In this document: positions 24,509 to 37,500 of the stretch, piece by piece | How the letters are laid out: each line of letters starts with the position of its first letter | Numbering within the stretch: position 1 is the first letter of the stretch | Assembly: GCA_051362555.1 (NCBI GenBank) | Contig: CM120640.1 | Coordinates: forward strand, 55,530,788-55,594,787 | Reading direction: 5' to 3' | Origin: Lingula anatina | Lineage: Eukaryota; Animalia; Brachiopoda | Length of the DNA stretch: 64,000 nucleotides | Notes under the pieces: model-generated | Told to the model about the DNA's origin: nothing | Seen by the model: the letters and a program-made list of their open reading frames with translations, nothing else | The model's database searches: none | Position numbers and translations under genes: made by a program

Positions 24509-25199
24509 CATTTACAAATATGATTTGCTTGGACGGTGGTGATTCCTAACGTGACATGGTTTTACTTATTTTCAATTGGTAAAGTCAAGGATTACTGTGT
24601 TGGATGCCATGCATTTTACAAACCTGTACAACTAATGCCCAGGACAGGTAAAAGGTCTTGAAATGTATTAGAAAATGTGTAAACAAGTTTTTATAGATGT
24701 ATTTGATGGCATTTAACCATTATTTACATGTTCATACATATTTGTATTAAGGTATATGCAACTGCCAAAATCTTTTTTTAATTTTTAGAACTCGAGAACA
24801 TTCAATTTCATTTTGTTGCTGAAAAGGAATCACAAGGGAACTATTCACTTTCTAGTTTTCACTATCAACTTGAGGCACATGGTTCACAGCTCATTGTACT
24901 TATTCAAGCAATTTCATCTTGGCATAACATCATATGGACAACAACTTAATTGGAGTGTACCTTCTGGTGATATATAGATATAACTGACAGACAACCCTTT
25001 ACATTGGTGTGAATTAAAATGTAACCCAGCACTTGTTGGTGTGAAATTTGGTAAAAGCAACTTGTTTAGTAATTTAAGACCAGTGATTTAGTGCATTAGA
25101 TCGGAACTTCGAACAGTGTCTGCAAATACTAGCTCTTACTCTATAGATAACATTATATCACCAAGAGCACAAATCAGGGACTTTGTGAATTCTGAAAGC

Positions 25200-28100
25200 A
25201 TGGCTGAAGAATCTGCATCAAGGGAGTCTCTGAGCCAACTGTTGAACAACAGCAATAGGTTTGAGTACAGTGCATGCTTTTTCTCAGATGAAGACACCAG
25301 CAGTACTGGCACAAATGTCAGCAGGTTGATAACTGAAGAGGATATAGTTGACACTATGTTTGACATGTGTGATACAAATAAAACTGGTACGGTGCCTGTG
25401 TCTACACTTATTGAGATGCTGAAGTCCACAACAGGGAGCTTGAGTGCAGAGGTGGGTCATCTGGTTAATTCTGAATTTTTGCAGTGTTCTGTACAGGGTT
25501 GACCTGAGTGGGGACTAATGACCCCAACAGCCTAAAAAAATGGGGTCAATCTGGAATTCAGTGGGGTCGATTATTTTACTTACATAATATCATTTTATTT
25601 TATTAACCTACATGCTGAATATTATGATAATATTATTTTATTAGAAAAGCACAGCAAAGAGTTAATGGCATACCAGGTGTATTACTGTTCCTTTTCTCCT
25701 CTTCCACTGTGTAGCCCAAAATGACACGCTGTCCAACTCCCTTGCTCAACTAGGCCTGTAGTTTGAAATGACTTCAACTGTTCTATCAGTTCTATTTACC
25801 GCTGCCAGTCATAAGATTTGTCAGAAATCAAATTCTTCATTTGTTTATTATTTTAATTTTATTCAGGCATGGCAAATCGAAATAAACACGGAGTTTTGTA
25901 TTGCTCTAATTTAAGATGCAACAATTAATATACCATGGTCTGAATAAATGCTCATTTTTATGTCTAAGCAACTCTCGATTCCAGTGAATCCATATGACTA
26001 CAACAGTGCACCTCACTGTCAGTGTAGAAAGTATTCTTGCTACTTAATAATTAAAAGCTAATCCATGGAGTGTCAAGCATGATGATTAATATAAATTACG
26101 TGCCTGATAATGAGTTTTGTTGGCCTAGAACGAGCAATGAACTAGCTTCACATTAGGAATGTTGCTGGAAAATTTGCTTTTATATCTTTTCAGAGCCAGC
26201 AGTATTTAGATGATTTGGCTCTGATATTTGACCCTGAGGGGAAGGATGTGTCAATTGAATTAGAAGTTTACAGAGAAGGGATGATGCAGTGGATTAAAGA
26301 GATAAAAGAAAGAAGTGCAGGGTAAGGTTTTTTCTAATTCTGAAAATCATCTGATTTGAAACGGAATTCAAGGGGAAACAATAAGAGATAGTAGTTGTAT
26401 CTACAGACTTTGATTGTAAAATTTTTTACATTTATTTCTGTTTGAAAATTTCTGCATATTATGCATTGGGTAGCAGCCAATGGCAGATGACTGTGTATTG
26501 TCAATGAAGTGAGTGAATAAATATTGATTATCTATGGTTAATGAATATTCCAGTGTGGATGATGACAATTGTAAGTTGATCTCAGTTTCACCCGAAAAGT
26601 GCTCTTCTCCCCAGGTGAACACTTCACCACACCAACGTAAGTGCTTAACTCTTGTTCAAAGTATGAAATAAATAGGCAATTTTTGTCCTGGCCCCTGTTT
26701 CACAAAAAAATTTAAGTCAAGTTCCCTGGCTGAGAACTTGGTTACCAACATTATAAGTCCATAAGTGACTAAGTGGTATTTCATGGAGAATCTAAGGGCT
26801 GCTTACCCCCTTTTTTTTCTTAGCAGCTAGTCGACCAACCTAAGCCTCCTTGGAAGCTGCCTTTACTCTAAGTTACTCAGCAAAACTTTACAAAATTTTG
26901 ATAGTACATATCTTCTTGAAGATATTTTGTCATAATATCTTTGAATGTTGCTGAATTTTTAAATGAAAAATTAAATGCAACATTGCTAAGCTGACTGCTG
27001 GGTTTGTAAAAGGTATTGTAACCCTTTATTATCATCCAGATATTGAAAATGAGGTATTTCCTGTATCTAATTATTAAATAATGCAATTATCTTTCCGCTG
27101 ATTAAAAACAATAAAAAAACCCCTGGAAAATATAAAATATCAGTGTTTTTATTTCTCATTGCAATGTATAAGCACAGGCTACTCGAAGCTTTAACCGTCA
27201 ATTAAACACCTTTCTATTTTGAGATGAGATAGCAATCCGTATTGGGTGGAACTTCATCCCTGAACAAGATTTTAACATGAAAATTGGCAGAGTTGATCTC
27301 AAGTGTATAGGGTACAATCTCGTGCCATCAATTGGTTTAAATGTTTTTGTTATAGAGTTATGAGTCCCTAATTACTGATTTTCATTAAACAGAGGCATTA
27401 TTTTGCTTTATCAACGATAAATCTGAACTAAGGATTTTAAGAAAAATTGCTGGCAGGGTTTTAGAGTACTAAATGGTGTCATTAAATCAGCAGTAAAACA
27501 GGTAAAATAGAAAATTGAGGAACCAATTTTTCAGTTTTTACCCCAAAATTGCAATTATGATGCCACCTGTAAGATGACATGTGTAAATGTTAATTAATTC
27601 AGTCACTGAACACTAAAGATTTTATCTATTACACAAAAGGATGTATGTAAGGCAGTAAATAAGGATTTTGGGGCAAAGGGTGACAATATCCTTAAATTCT
27701 TTTTGGCCAATGGCACCATTCCAAGACAAGTTAATGTTTACTGTAAATTTGAACTGGTATTAAAGGTAAACTAATTAATAAAGTTTTCAAAAAATGTGTT
27801 TGTTTTATCTTATTTTATTGTTGATAAACACTCATTGACAGCCTAAAGACCCATGAAATGTCATGTGAAATTTCAGGGATTTTCCACTTCCTTTTCTTGA
27901 AGTGTTCATGTCGACTACCATAACCAAACCAAGTTAGGACTTTAAGATTCCTTGCGAAACACTCTTAGTCAGTAACAGGGTTGTTGACTTTGCCAGGTTG
28001 CTTAACTCAGGCTAGTCAACTACAGATTTATGATTCTTTGTGAAATGGGGGCCAATTTACCCTTTATAGTTATATGTTTCCATCTGCAAGTGTTGACATT

Positions 28101-31100
28101 TTTTTAGATTACACATATATGAAAATTAAATAAAAATTAAAAAAAAAGAAACAAAGTTCATCAAATCGTGGTTTGTTCTGTGTTGTAAGATTCAGACTTG
28201 CCCATAAAGTAATAGTCCAGTTTTACAGTATTACTCAGAGAGATATTGATTGTGATAGGTGTGCTAGAACATCTCAATGGAATCAGCTTTGGTAGTCTTG
28301 AAGCCTCGGGATGTGCTGGAGATGCATCTACACATGAATGGTAAGAAATATTTATTTATCTAAAAACAAAAGTCTTTGCTAGTATGTCATTTAAGGCAAA
28401 CAATGCGGATGTCTCATTTAAAGGCGGATTAGACCTTTTTATAGGGAAAATAATTCCCTGGAAATTCCTAGCTTTCATCTCCATGTGTGGCTTGCAAAAT
28501 GCATAATTTTTCGTCGAGTGAGCATTCTGCGACTTCTTAATTTTTCATGTTTTGCTTATTATCTCTTTTGGGCTTCTCGTCCGAGGGCGATGATTTTTTT
28601 CAGAGTATAGAGAGGGTTTCTTGCCCATGGGATGTGACAAAAGGATGGTTTTATTTGCTGCTTGTTGATTTATTTCTGCATTTGAACAATGTGGTATTGC
28701 TTTTCCTGAGCATGTGTATGGCCCTGAAAAGGGCTGTTTTTAACTTTTACTGCTGGTTCACTTGAGGCGCTTCAGGGTGGCAGCTGTACGCCGTTTTACT
28801 TTGGTTGATGTGAGGATTTTCTTCTTTTTAGCTTTCATCGTCAGAAGGTCTGGGTTGGCATTGGATGTAGGTTGGGGGCTGGCGTTGATCTCATAAGTCC
28901 CGTGTGTTTTGTAGAAGTCCTCTTCTTTGGCTTCATGGGCTAGGGCCTCTTCTACGTTATCGTTTGCTTTTTTCATGAATTCCTCCATATGGAGTTCGAT
29001 TGTTTGCCTTATTGCTTCTGATGCCTCCTCCTGGATCTCAATCAGCTTTGTGGAGAGAGCTTCGTGGCCAGGGCATCCTTTAAAGTCTACCCTGGCCCTG
29101 ACCTTGTGCATTCTCCTTTCTAGCTGTCTGTTTATGTGGTTCGCCCACTCTGTACATCCGGCGATGTACTGTTTAGTTTCCATCACCTGCTCGTAATGAG
29201 GGTTATTAGAGGCGGGTGGGGAGCTCAATGGTGAAGGGCGCTTTGGTATTTTGGCCTTCGGTGGTCCCGTTGTGTGCCACTTTTGAGATTAATGTTGTCT
29301 TGGTTTCGGCCAATAGTGGTTCTCTATACTTTGTCTGAGGTTGTTGTGTTTATAAGCGTTATTTCTGCTTTCTGGTAATTGGTAATTGATTGCTGTGAAG
29401 ACAGACTTATGCTCGATCCCATGATTAATCTGATTATAAGTGCACGGACATTAACGACCTCCTCTATGTTTCTTAAATTTGATTGGTTTATGTGATAGGT
29501 GCTTTGTATGTAAGCACTTAATCCATTGATTACCTGATTGGTGGAATTCTTTTTTTAGGTCGGCTATTGGGTCTGTAATTGATTGGTCTCTGCTCTGAGA
29601 TGAGAAGTGTGCATCAAAACTTTGATTTCTTGGGTTTTCATTTGTATAGTCATTGGGTATAGGTTGAACAAAATTAAGAAAATTTATACCTCATGTAGTT
29701 TTCTTTGCTAAATTTTTTTAGTGGCAGTTTTCCCAAAATGATTAATTCTTTATAATCTTAAAATTGTAGGGACATAATGGAATTGAGTAATAAGGTAGCT
29801 GACCTACAATATCATAATAAGAAACTGACTGATGAAAATATCAAACTACAAGTGCAGTTGGAAAATGCAGAGGAATCTTCCACATTGTCTGCACAAGAAA
29901 TGGAAGGACTAAAGAAGCAGTTGAGAAAGTAAGTAGCTTTAGAACACTGCCATAGCATGCAAAGGATTTTTGGCAATAACGGAAGTTAAATGAAGTAAGT
30001 GATTTGTAGGTTGAATGCCATAACCTATGATTGCACAATGATCAAAATTTGGAAGAGTTATACCAACAAATATTTATTATTTGTAGTTCATTTGAATGTC
30101 ATTACTATTGAGTTGTTTGTTGTAATATTATCTTTTATGCCTATATTATTCATGAAGCATGCAGCGAATTATGGAAAAGAACAGAGAACTTCAGCATGAG
30201 GTTACAGATGTAAAAAACAGCCTTGCTTTAAGTGAAGAGAATACTAAAGTACTACAAAAGAAGTTGGCTATTACGGAGAGAGAAAACAGCAACTTGGAGG
30301 CACAACTAGATCAGCTGCAGAAAGAGGTGCAAGGAAATTGATTTTAGATTTTTATGTACAGACGCAGTCTGTACATATAGCTGTCACCTGTGTCTGTCAT
30401 CGCCGTTGTTGCCGTTGCCATTGCTGTCGCCGTGCATTCAGCAATAACACGATAAGTGGAATACTGTTTTACTTTTTGTATTCAAACTTACAGAACTGAT
30501 GAATATTCATAATACGCAGGTCAAGCTCAAAAATCAGCATGATCGGGCCCTCCGGGCCCTCCGGAGGAAAAATTTTTATTATTTCATGCAAAAAGGGTGC
30601 AATCCCATGCAATCTGAAGCTGTCATTAAATTGTTACAACATAGCCCACGTGCAGGACCAAATTTTGCAGAAAAATCAGGGCTAGACACTAACTTTTATG
30701 AGCACCTGTCCGAATTTCAATCCAATTTTTTTTCTATTCATTCTATTAATTGAACTTTGTAAATAAATAATTGTAGTCATACATTTAATGCATTTATTAC
30801 CAAGACATTCAATCAAATGAGTTGGACTTAAATGCACCTTAAAGTGGATTCATTTTCAGATAAAAGGTTTTTTTTCATACTTGTGAACTCCTGAAGATTT
30901 AATCTTGCATATAAGTATGATTTAACATAGTTTCAATCAGGGCTTCTCCTAGGATTTTGGGTACAGGGTCTACTAATTGTAAATCTGCAATTTGATAATA
31001 AATTCACATGAAGTTTAACCAAAGCTAAAAAAAAATACAGGTGGGGAGGGGGTACTGTCAGATTGATTTTATTAAAATATTCAAAATTTATAATATTTGA

Positions 31101-34100
31101 ATAAAGTTCAATGAAAAATTAAAGAATATTCATTTTATAATACTTTACTTATATTTATGTTAACAATTCAACTTTTTATGGGTTATCATGTGTTTGATTT
31201 TTTTAATATATGAGTTAAATAAAAGCAGTATAACAAAAGTCGCCCTTTTTATTTAAATTCTCATATTTGTTATTACTAATATCTAACTTACATCAATATC
31301 ACACTGGTATATGACAGCAATGTTAATTTATCATATTCCAGCACTAAATTTTTAACTGTAAATAATATAGGTGATGCTAAAGTCATTATAGAAAACATTA
31401 TACAAAATTTCATGTTTTATTTTGGCAAATAAACAATATTTCAACAAGATCTTCAGTCCCAAAGATTTCACGTTCTATAGTAAGTAGATAGCATACAACG
31501 TATTTGATTGACAGGCAGTATGTTGCCTTGACAACGAACTAGATATATCTAGTTCATCCAGATCAATCTGGCTGTTGTACCCTGCACAGTACTTGTGTAG
31601 TTTCTGTTTTTGGAACGGTCTTTATCTCTAGAGCACGAAGATTTTTAACCAAATAAATATTCAGTAGTGAGCCTGTTATGTGAATAAATTTTGTCTTGTG
31701 AAGTTCTGGAGGGTGTTCACTTTCATAATTTGGCGGTAAGTTTGTTCACAATTCATTTTGCGACTGCATGTGTTTTGTGCCAAAAGTAGGTCACTCTTTT
31801 CAGTACCGTCTAGGAAGAGAAAAAGACGTTAGTATGCATCAAAAATGATTTTTAAAAAGATTTTTGCTCCAAATTTCTCATAAATCATGACCTGTCCGTC
31901 GGACAGCCAACCCTGCAACTTCACCGAACTGAATTTTTACCTTAAAGAAACGTGTCGGCAAAAAAAGAAGCGTATCGGCAAAAAGAAATGCGTATGGCTG
32001 CCGATACGCTATAAAGGCCTGGGGAGAACCCTGCTGATAACACGATAAGCGAAAAACCGCTTTACTTTTTGGCTTGAAAATTACAGAACTGATGAATATC
32101 CATAATACGCAGGTCAAGTTAGAAATTTGGCATTATCTTGCCATTTTATAAAAGTTTGCTGGTTTTTTTTTCACTTTTTTCAGCATTTATGCAACACCTA
32201 TAACACATTTTAAGGAAAATCGATTGGCCAATTGTCTTGGAATTCACAGGAGTGATCATTGTTACTGAAATACAGATTAAGTTTTGAAAATGAGCTTGAT
32301 CAGTTAAGTTTTGGTGAAGTTATGCCTTTTTTGTATATAAATGTTTTTTCCTCAAATTTAATTCTCAGGCATGTTAACAGTCTCATTTTTGAACTAATTA
32401 GATATGTAAAGCTGTTCTTTTGACGTTTTCTGCATCTTAACAATATTGTTAATTGATTATTTAAAAATGATGGTAAACCTGTTATTGTATATTGTGTAAT
32501 AAAGTACCAAAAATAGGAAAAAGTCATATCTTTAGAGTTTGTCAGATTCAGTCATTCACTATGTTCAGAATCTCAGAATGGAGCAAATTGGAGATTTAAA
32601 ATTGTTTTATTGATAAACATGAAAAGTCAGTCTGATGAAGGCCTTCGACCAGGTTGGCCGTAAGCTAACGGTATGGAAAGTTTTAGGCTTGTGTCTGAGA
32701 ATTTTCATGTTTATCCAACAACCAAGCTAATGAACATTTTTGCTGTTTTATTGATGTTTTTCTTATGTCAACAATTTTTTAGTCGATCATTTGAAAATAA
32801 CAGTAAATTGATTATTTTGTTTTATGTACCAAAAGGTGCTGAAAATGGAAAGAAAATCATTTCAGTACAATTATCTCTTGTTTACATTTTGGCATTTTGA
32901 AGGTGTGACTCTTAACTTCCATGGCCTTGAAGACCTTTTCATGTCACATTTTCTGAGTATCCATGATACTTTTATTTTATTATTAAAAATTGATGGTCAT
33001 TATACTGTTAAGCATTATGTAATATTGCATCAAAATGAAAAAAAAAACTATTTTGGACACTGATGACCATCAAGGGAAAACCATGTTAGTATGTTACTTA
33101 TGGTACTTACTGAAAAGTGCAGCTTGTGTTGGAAAATCAGTGTGATTGTTTTCTGTTTTGTAAGCAATGCAGTTCTATAGAGTGCTATATGATGGTATGA
33201 TGGTTCTATAGAGTGCTGGATGGCGGCCAGTATGAAATTGTCCCTTGGGTAATCACTAATTAAATTAAGGTCTATAAAGTCACTTGAGATTACATAAAAC
33301 ACTTGTTGAGATTTCCGTGTAAAGTCCCATAGGTTTAGCTCTCTTAACTGTGTCTCATAATTAGGATTTGGTGATAATTATGTAGGTAAATGTTGTTTAA
33401 TATTGCAAATAAATTTACAACAGAAAAAATTGTGTTATACCAACATCAATGCTATAGATGAATAACAGTGCCTTATTATTCTCAAACTCAGTGGGGTTAT
33501 TCATATCATGTTAATACAGCTAGAAAGTTTGAATAGTAGCTTTTTTTTTGTTATGTTATGTTTTATTTTAAATTTTTTAAAAATAACTTTTCAAACACTA
33601 GCATCTTCAAGATGTAACTTTTAACTCCCATCCACCAGAAGTGCTGTGCATTTTCTGTATTTCCACATGAGCAATTGTATTGGTCTTTAAACATTATGTA
33701 ATATTATTTTATGCACTATCATCATTTTTCACATATTGGGATTTTCATTATGTGAATTTGAACTCTCACATATGGTCCTGAAACTGTAATTTTTTTTCAC
33801 CATGTTACCTCTTGTGGATGGTTAAATTTAAAGGGATAATATCTGTTTGTTTTGGACAAAAATTGAATTTTCCTGGAGTGAACAACAATTAATGAATGGT
33901 TGAACAATGGTTAATGAATCAATTTCTACATTCAAAGTCAGTCCCTGAATTTTTTCTAAGAAGGTTTTTTTCTTTTTTTTTGTAATTATCTCTTAAGAGA
34001 TTATAACAGAGTATAGCCATCTATTGAGGTCTCATGGTCCGATGACAAGCTCAGATATCAGAATAATAGCCATAACTGCCGTTTTTGTGGTAAAACAGAA

Positions 34101-34495
34101 TAAATTATATTTCTATGAGTTGTTTACAATGTCTTGTGAAATATAGATCTCATACAAAGAGTTATTATCCCTTTAAGTGTTGATTGTGCTGTTATAAACA
34201 TTATTTATTATTGTATCAAAATTGACAAAATGACCTATTTTCTGTATCTTTTTAAGGTGTAACTTATGGGCCTGAAGACCTTTACTAGTCACATAATTTT
34301 CCCTTGGGTATAAGTTCATTGCTATAAAGTCAATTAAGATTCAAGTGGCCATTAAATGAGATTACGTAAAACACACTTGTTGATACTGTAAACTCCCATA
34401 GGTTAAGTTCTCTGCCAGATAAGTGTCCATAATAATGAAGCAGTGATAATTATGCAGGTAAATACTGTTTAATATTGCAAATAAGTTTTCAAAAA

Positions 34496-34526
<31 letters not shown>

Positions 34527-37500
34527 TATTTTGTGTAGTGCCAACATAAATGCTATAGATGAATAACAGTGCCTTATCTATCCTCAAACTCTTAAAATGT
34601 TAATACAGAAAGATTGAAAGTTTGAATAGCAGCTTTATTGGAATATATATATATATTTTTTTTCAAACACTGGCATTTTCAAGATGTGACTTTTAACTCC
34701 CATCCATTTGAACCTCTGCACATTTTCTGTATTTCCACATAAGCAGTTGTATTGGTATTTATGTCTTTAAACATTATGCAATATTATTTTATGCACTGTC
34801 ATCATTTTTCAGATATTGTGATTTTATTATGTGAATTTGAACTTTTGTGGTACTGAAACTGTAATCTTATTGCAGGGGCGGATTGAGACCGTCTTCTGGG
34901 CCTTCTGAAAGATGGTCAGATTTTAATGTTTACATTGACGGGTATCTATTTTTTTCTGTTGGAAGACCATCAAAAATGGAGGATGGATCAACAAAGATAA
35001 TTTGGAATACTGTCAGAAAATATCTCTCCCATTCGCTTCTGTTATTGACCATGTTATCTGTTGTTCATGATAAAATTCAGTGTTGATTGACAGCATTATT
35101 TATTATTGCATCAAAATTGACAAAATGACCTATTTTTTGCATCTTTATTTTCTGTTTTTCGTCTGTACATTTAACAGCTTTGCTGCCTTGTTTAACATAA
35201 GTTAAGTTGTCTCTGATGCAGTGGCATGGACAGGACTTGAGGGGTAAGATTTGCTCGGTATATTTAGCTGATTATAACCAAAGTAATGGGTTGACAACTG
35301 ACATGGAGAGATGAACACATTTTGACTGGAAACATGGCAGTAACTGTTATAAGCAATATGAAATTGGGCAGATATGGTAGATGCATATTTTTAAAGTCTA
35401 CTTTTTTTCAGCTGATACAAACCAACTGTGACCTTGATGCTGCTAAGACTACACACAATGAACTTTTGGGTTCTCTCACAGATTTCAAGGTTAGATGCAA
35501 TGAAATATTTTATTTCTTCAATCTATCCTGTTTAACTTCATGAGAGTCTTCTCTGAAAAATTTTCCATATGTCTTACCTTCATAAATGGTCACAATTCAG
35601 TGTTTTTTTAGCAACTAAAAGCCAAGTTTGAAGAAATGGGACGCGTTCAAGAAGTGCAGCTTTCTGAGGTAAAGTTTAAGAGTGCATTCCCAGAGATTAA
35701 GATCGATCCATCCCGATCAACCTAACTCCCTGTGGGTTCACGCTAAATTGCAGTTAGCCGAGCGCGCACGACAGTTAATTACCCTCTTACAGCTTTTAGT
35801 AGGCGGGACAGACGCTTAAGCCGGCTAAGCTGACAGTAATCTAGTGAGACTCCCCACAGGGATAGATTGATCTAAAATCTGTGGGAATAGGGTCTAAGTA
35901 ATGCAGTGTGGTGTAATTTTGTGTTGCTATGCTTTGGCTTTGATTGTTATTGCTGTTCCACTTAGCAAAGGCCACCCTGCAGCTTGGGGAAAAAAAAAAA
36001 GAAAGTAAAGTGAAAGCAATCTAGGACCCAAGATACATCTATCTTTGATCCCAGGTGCAATAGAGGAAAAGAAAATGTGTTATTGTACCACAAGCGCAAC
36101 GCTGGCAGTACACATTGTTTAAGTCCAGACCTGTAATGTCCGCCGGCTCTGCCAAGTCACTGTTCCCACTTCTCCTCCTAGACTACAAATTTATAGGAAC
36201 TAAGGACTTGTTTGCTGTAAATGAACCTGGACCTGCATCTCCTTAAATCAAATCAAAACAAAACGTGGTCTTCTTGGAGTGTTTTTACTCTACTGTCATT
36301 CCTTTTCTCTGACTTAATAATTAATGAATTATTTAAGCAACACAGAAAATCCAGCATCTCTCCTTTTTCTTAGAAGTGACCAGCTGATTCAGTTGTAGGA
36401 TACACTTACCATTTATTGTACCACCAGTGTAGGCACTGGCAGTACACATGGTTTTAGTCCCTACCAGCCCCATCTGCTGGCCCTGCCAGATCCACTGCTA
36501 CGTTACCATTCCCGCTCATCCTCTTAGACTACAAGAGCCTGCTTACCCATCTCTTGAATTTAGGTCACATATAATCTCAAGTAGATCCATGTGAATTTTG
36601 GGCTTTGTCAGTGCACCAGTCTAGGTGTGGCCGTCGTCCCAATTCACCCTTGTCCAAAATTTGCAAAATTAAATGTTAAGTATCTCCCAAACCAAAGGAA
36701 TTACGAGAAAAATGTCTATAGATGGCTGCGCGAAAGTCACATGTGGAGATTTCAAATATGTTCTTGGATATGATCATTGGCCTTGATTTCAAGGTCAAAC
36801 AGGCCAAAATTTTCTAAAAACGGGAATTTTTTGCCAAAAAATTTCTTTCTGTCAATTTTCAGAAACTACACACACCTAATCTATAATATTACAAGCATAT
36901 GTTACACTTAGGGTAATCTTTGATCTTCATGAGTTTGGGGTCAATCAGTGCATTATCACGGGAGAAGCAGCCTTTAGTTGCCGAAACTGAAAACTCTGCC
37001 TACCCAGGAAGTAGTATTATATCAGCTCACCTTATATTATGATAATATTATATATAATATTGATATTTTTTGTTTTGGTTTCCATACAAATGCGCTTTCT
37101 CCAGCTGATCCTCTAGTTTGAAAAATGCTATGAATTACCTTACTGACTGAGTCTTACAATTTATCTGGAAAATCATAATGTTCACCTTTTGTGTAGTCAA
37201 AAATGTGTAAAGTGTATGTAAATGGGGGTACAATACATGGAGGCGGTATCACCTCTCTGATTCTCTAGTTTAAAATATTTTCTTTGTTAAATCCTGAAAG
37301 ATGGCCTTGAAATATAGTCATGCATGAACATCCATAAATGTTGGTCATTTTAATAGTTTGAGTTTTAAGGGTAATACAGATAAAAGATTAAAAGTAACTT
37401 ATAAAGGGAAAAGCTCGTTGTAAAAAATTATTCTATCATTCTTCTATCTTTCAGCGATGTAAGGAAACTGAAGAAATGAAAGCAACTCTAGATCAGTGGA

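Larger units (their letters stand above)
30349..35192 (+). mobile_element. HINE-like family A, copy 2 (with nested inserts and an internal duplication)
   Basis: Same 5' TTTTTATGTACAGAC start and 3' GTCTGTACATTTAACAGCTTTGCTGCCTTGTT end as copy 1. Segment ~33290-33790 is repeated at ~34340-34870. Confidence 0.8.

Noticed and set aside
36955-37000. Second hammerhead-like string (GAGAAGCAGCC...GTTGCCGAAAC)
   Set aside because: It lacks the CUGANGA core and convincing stems.
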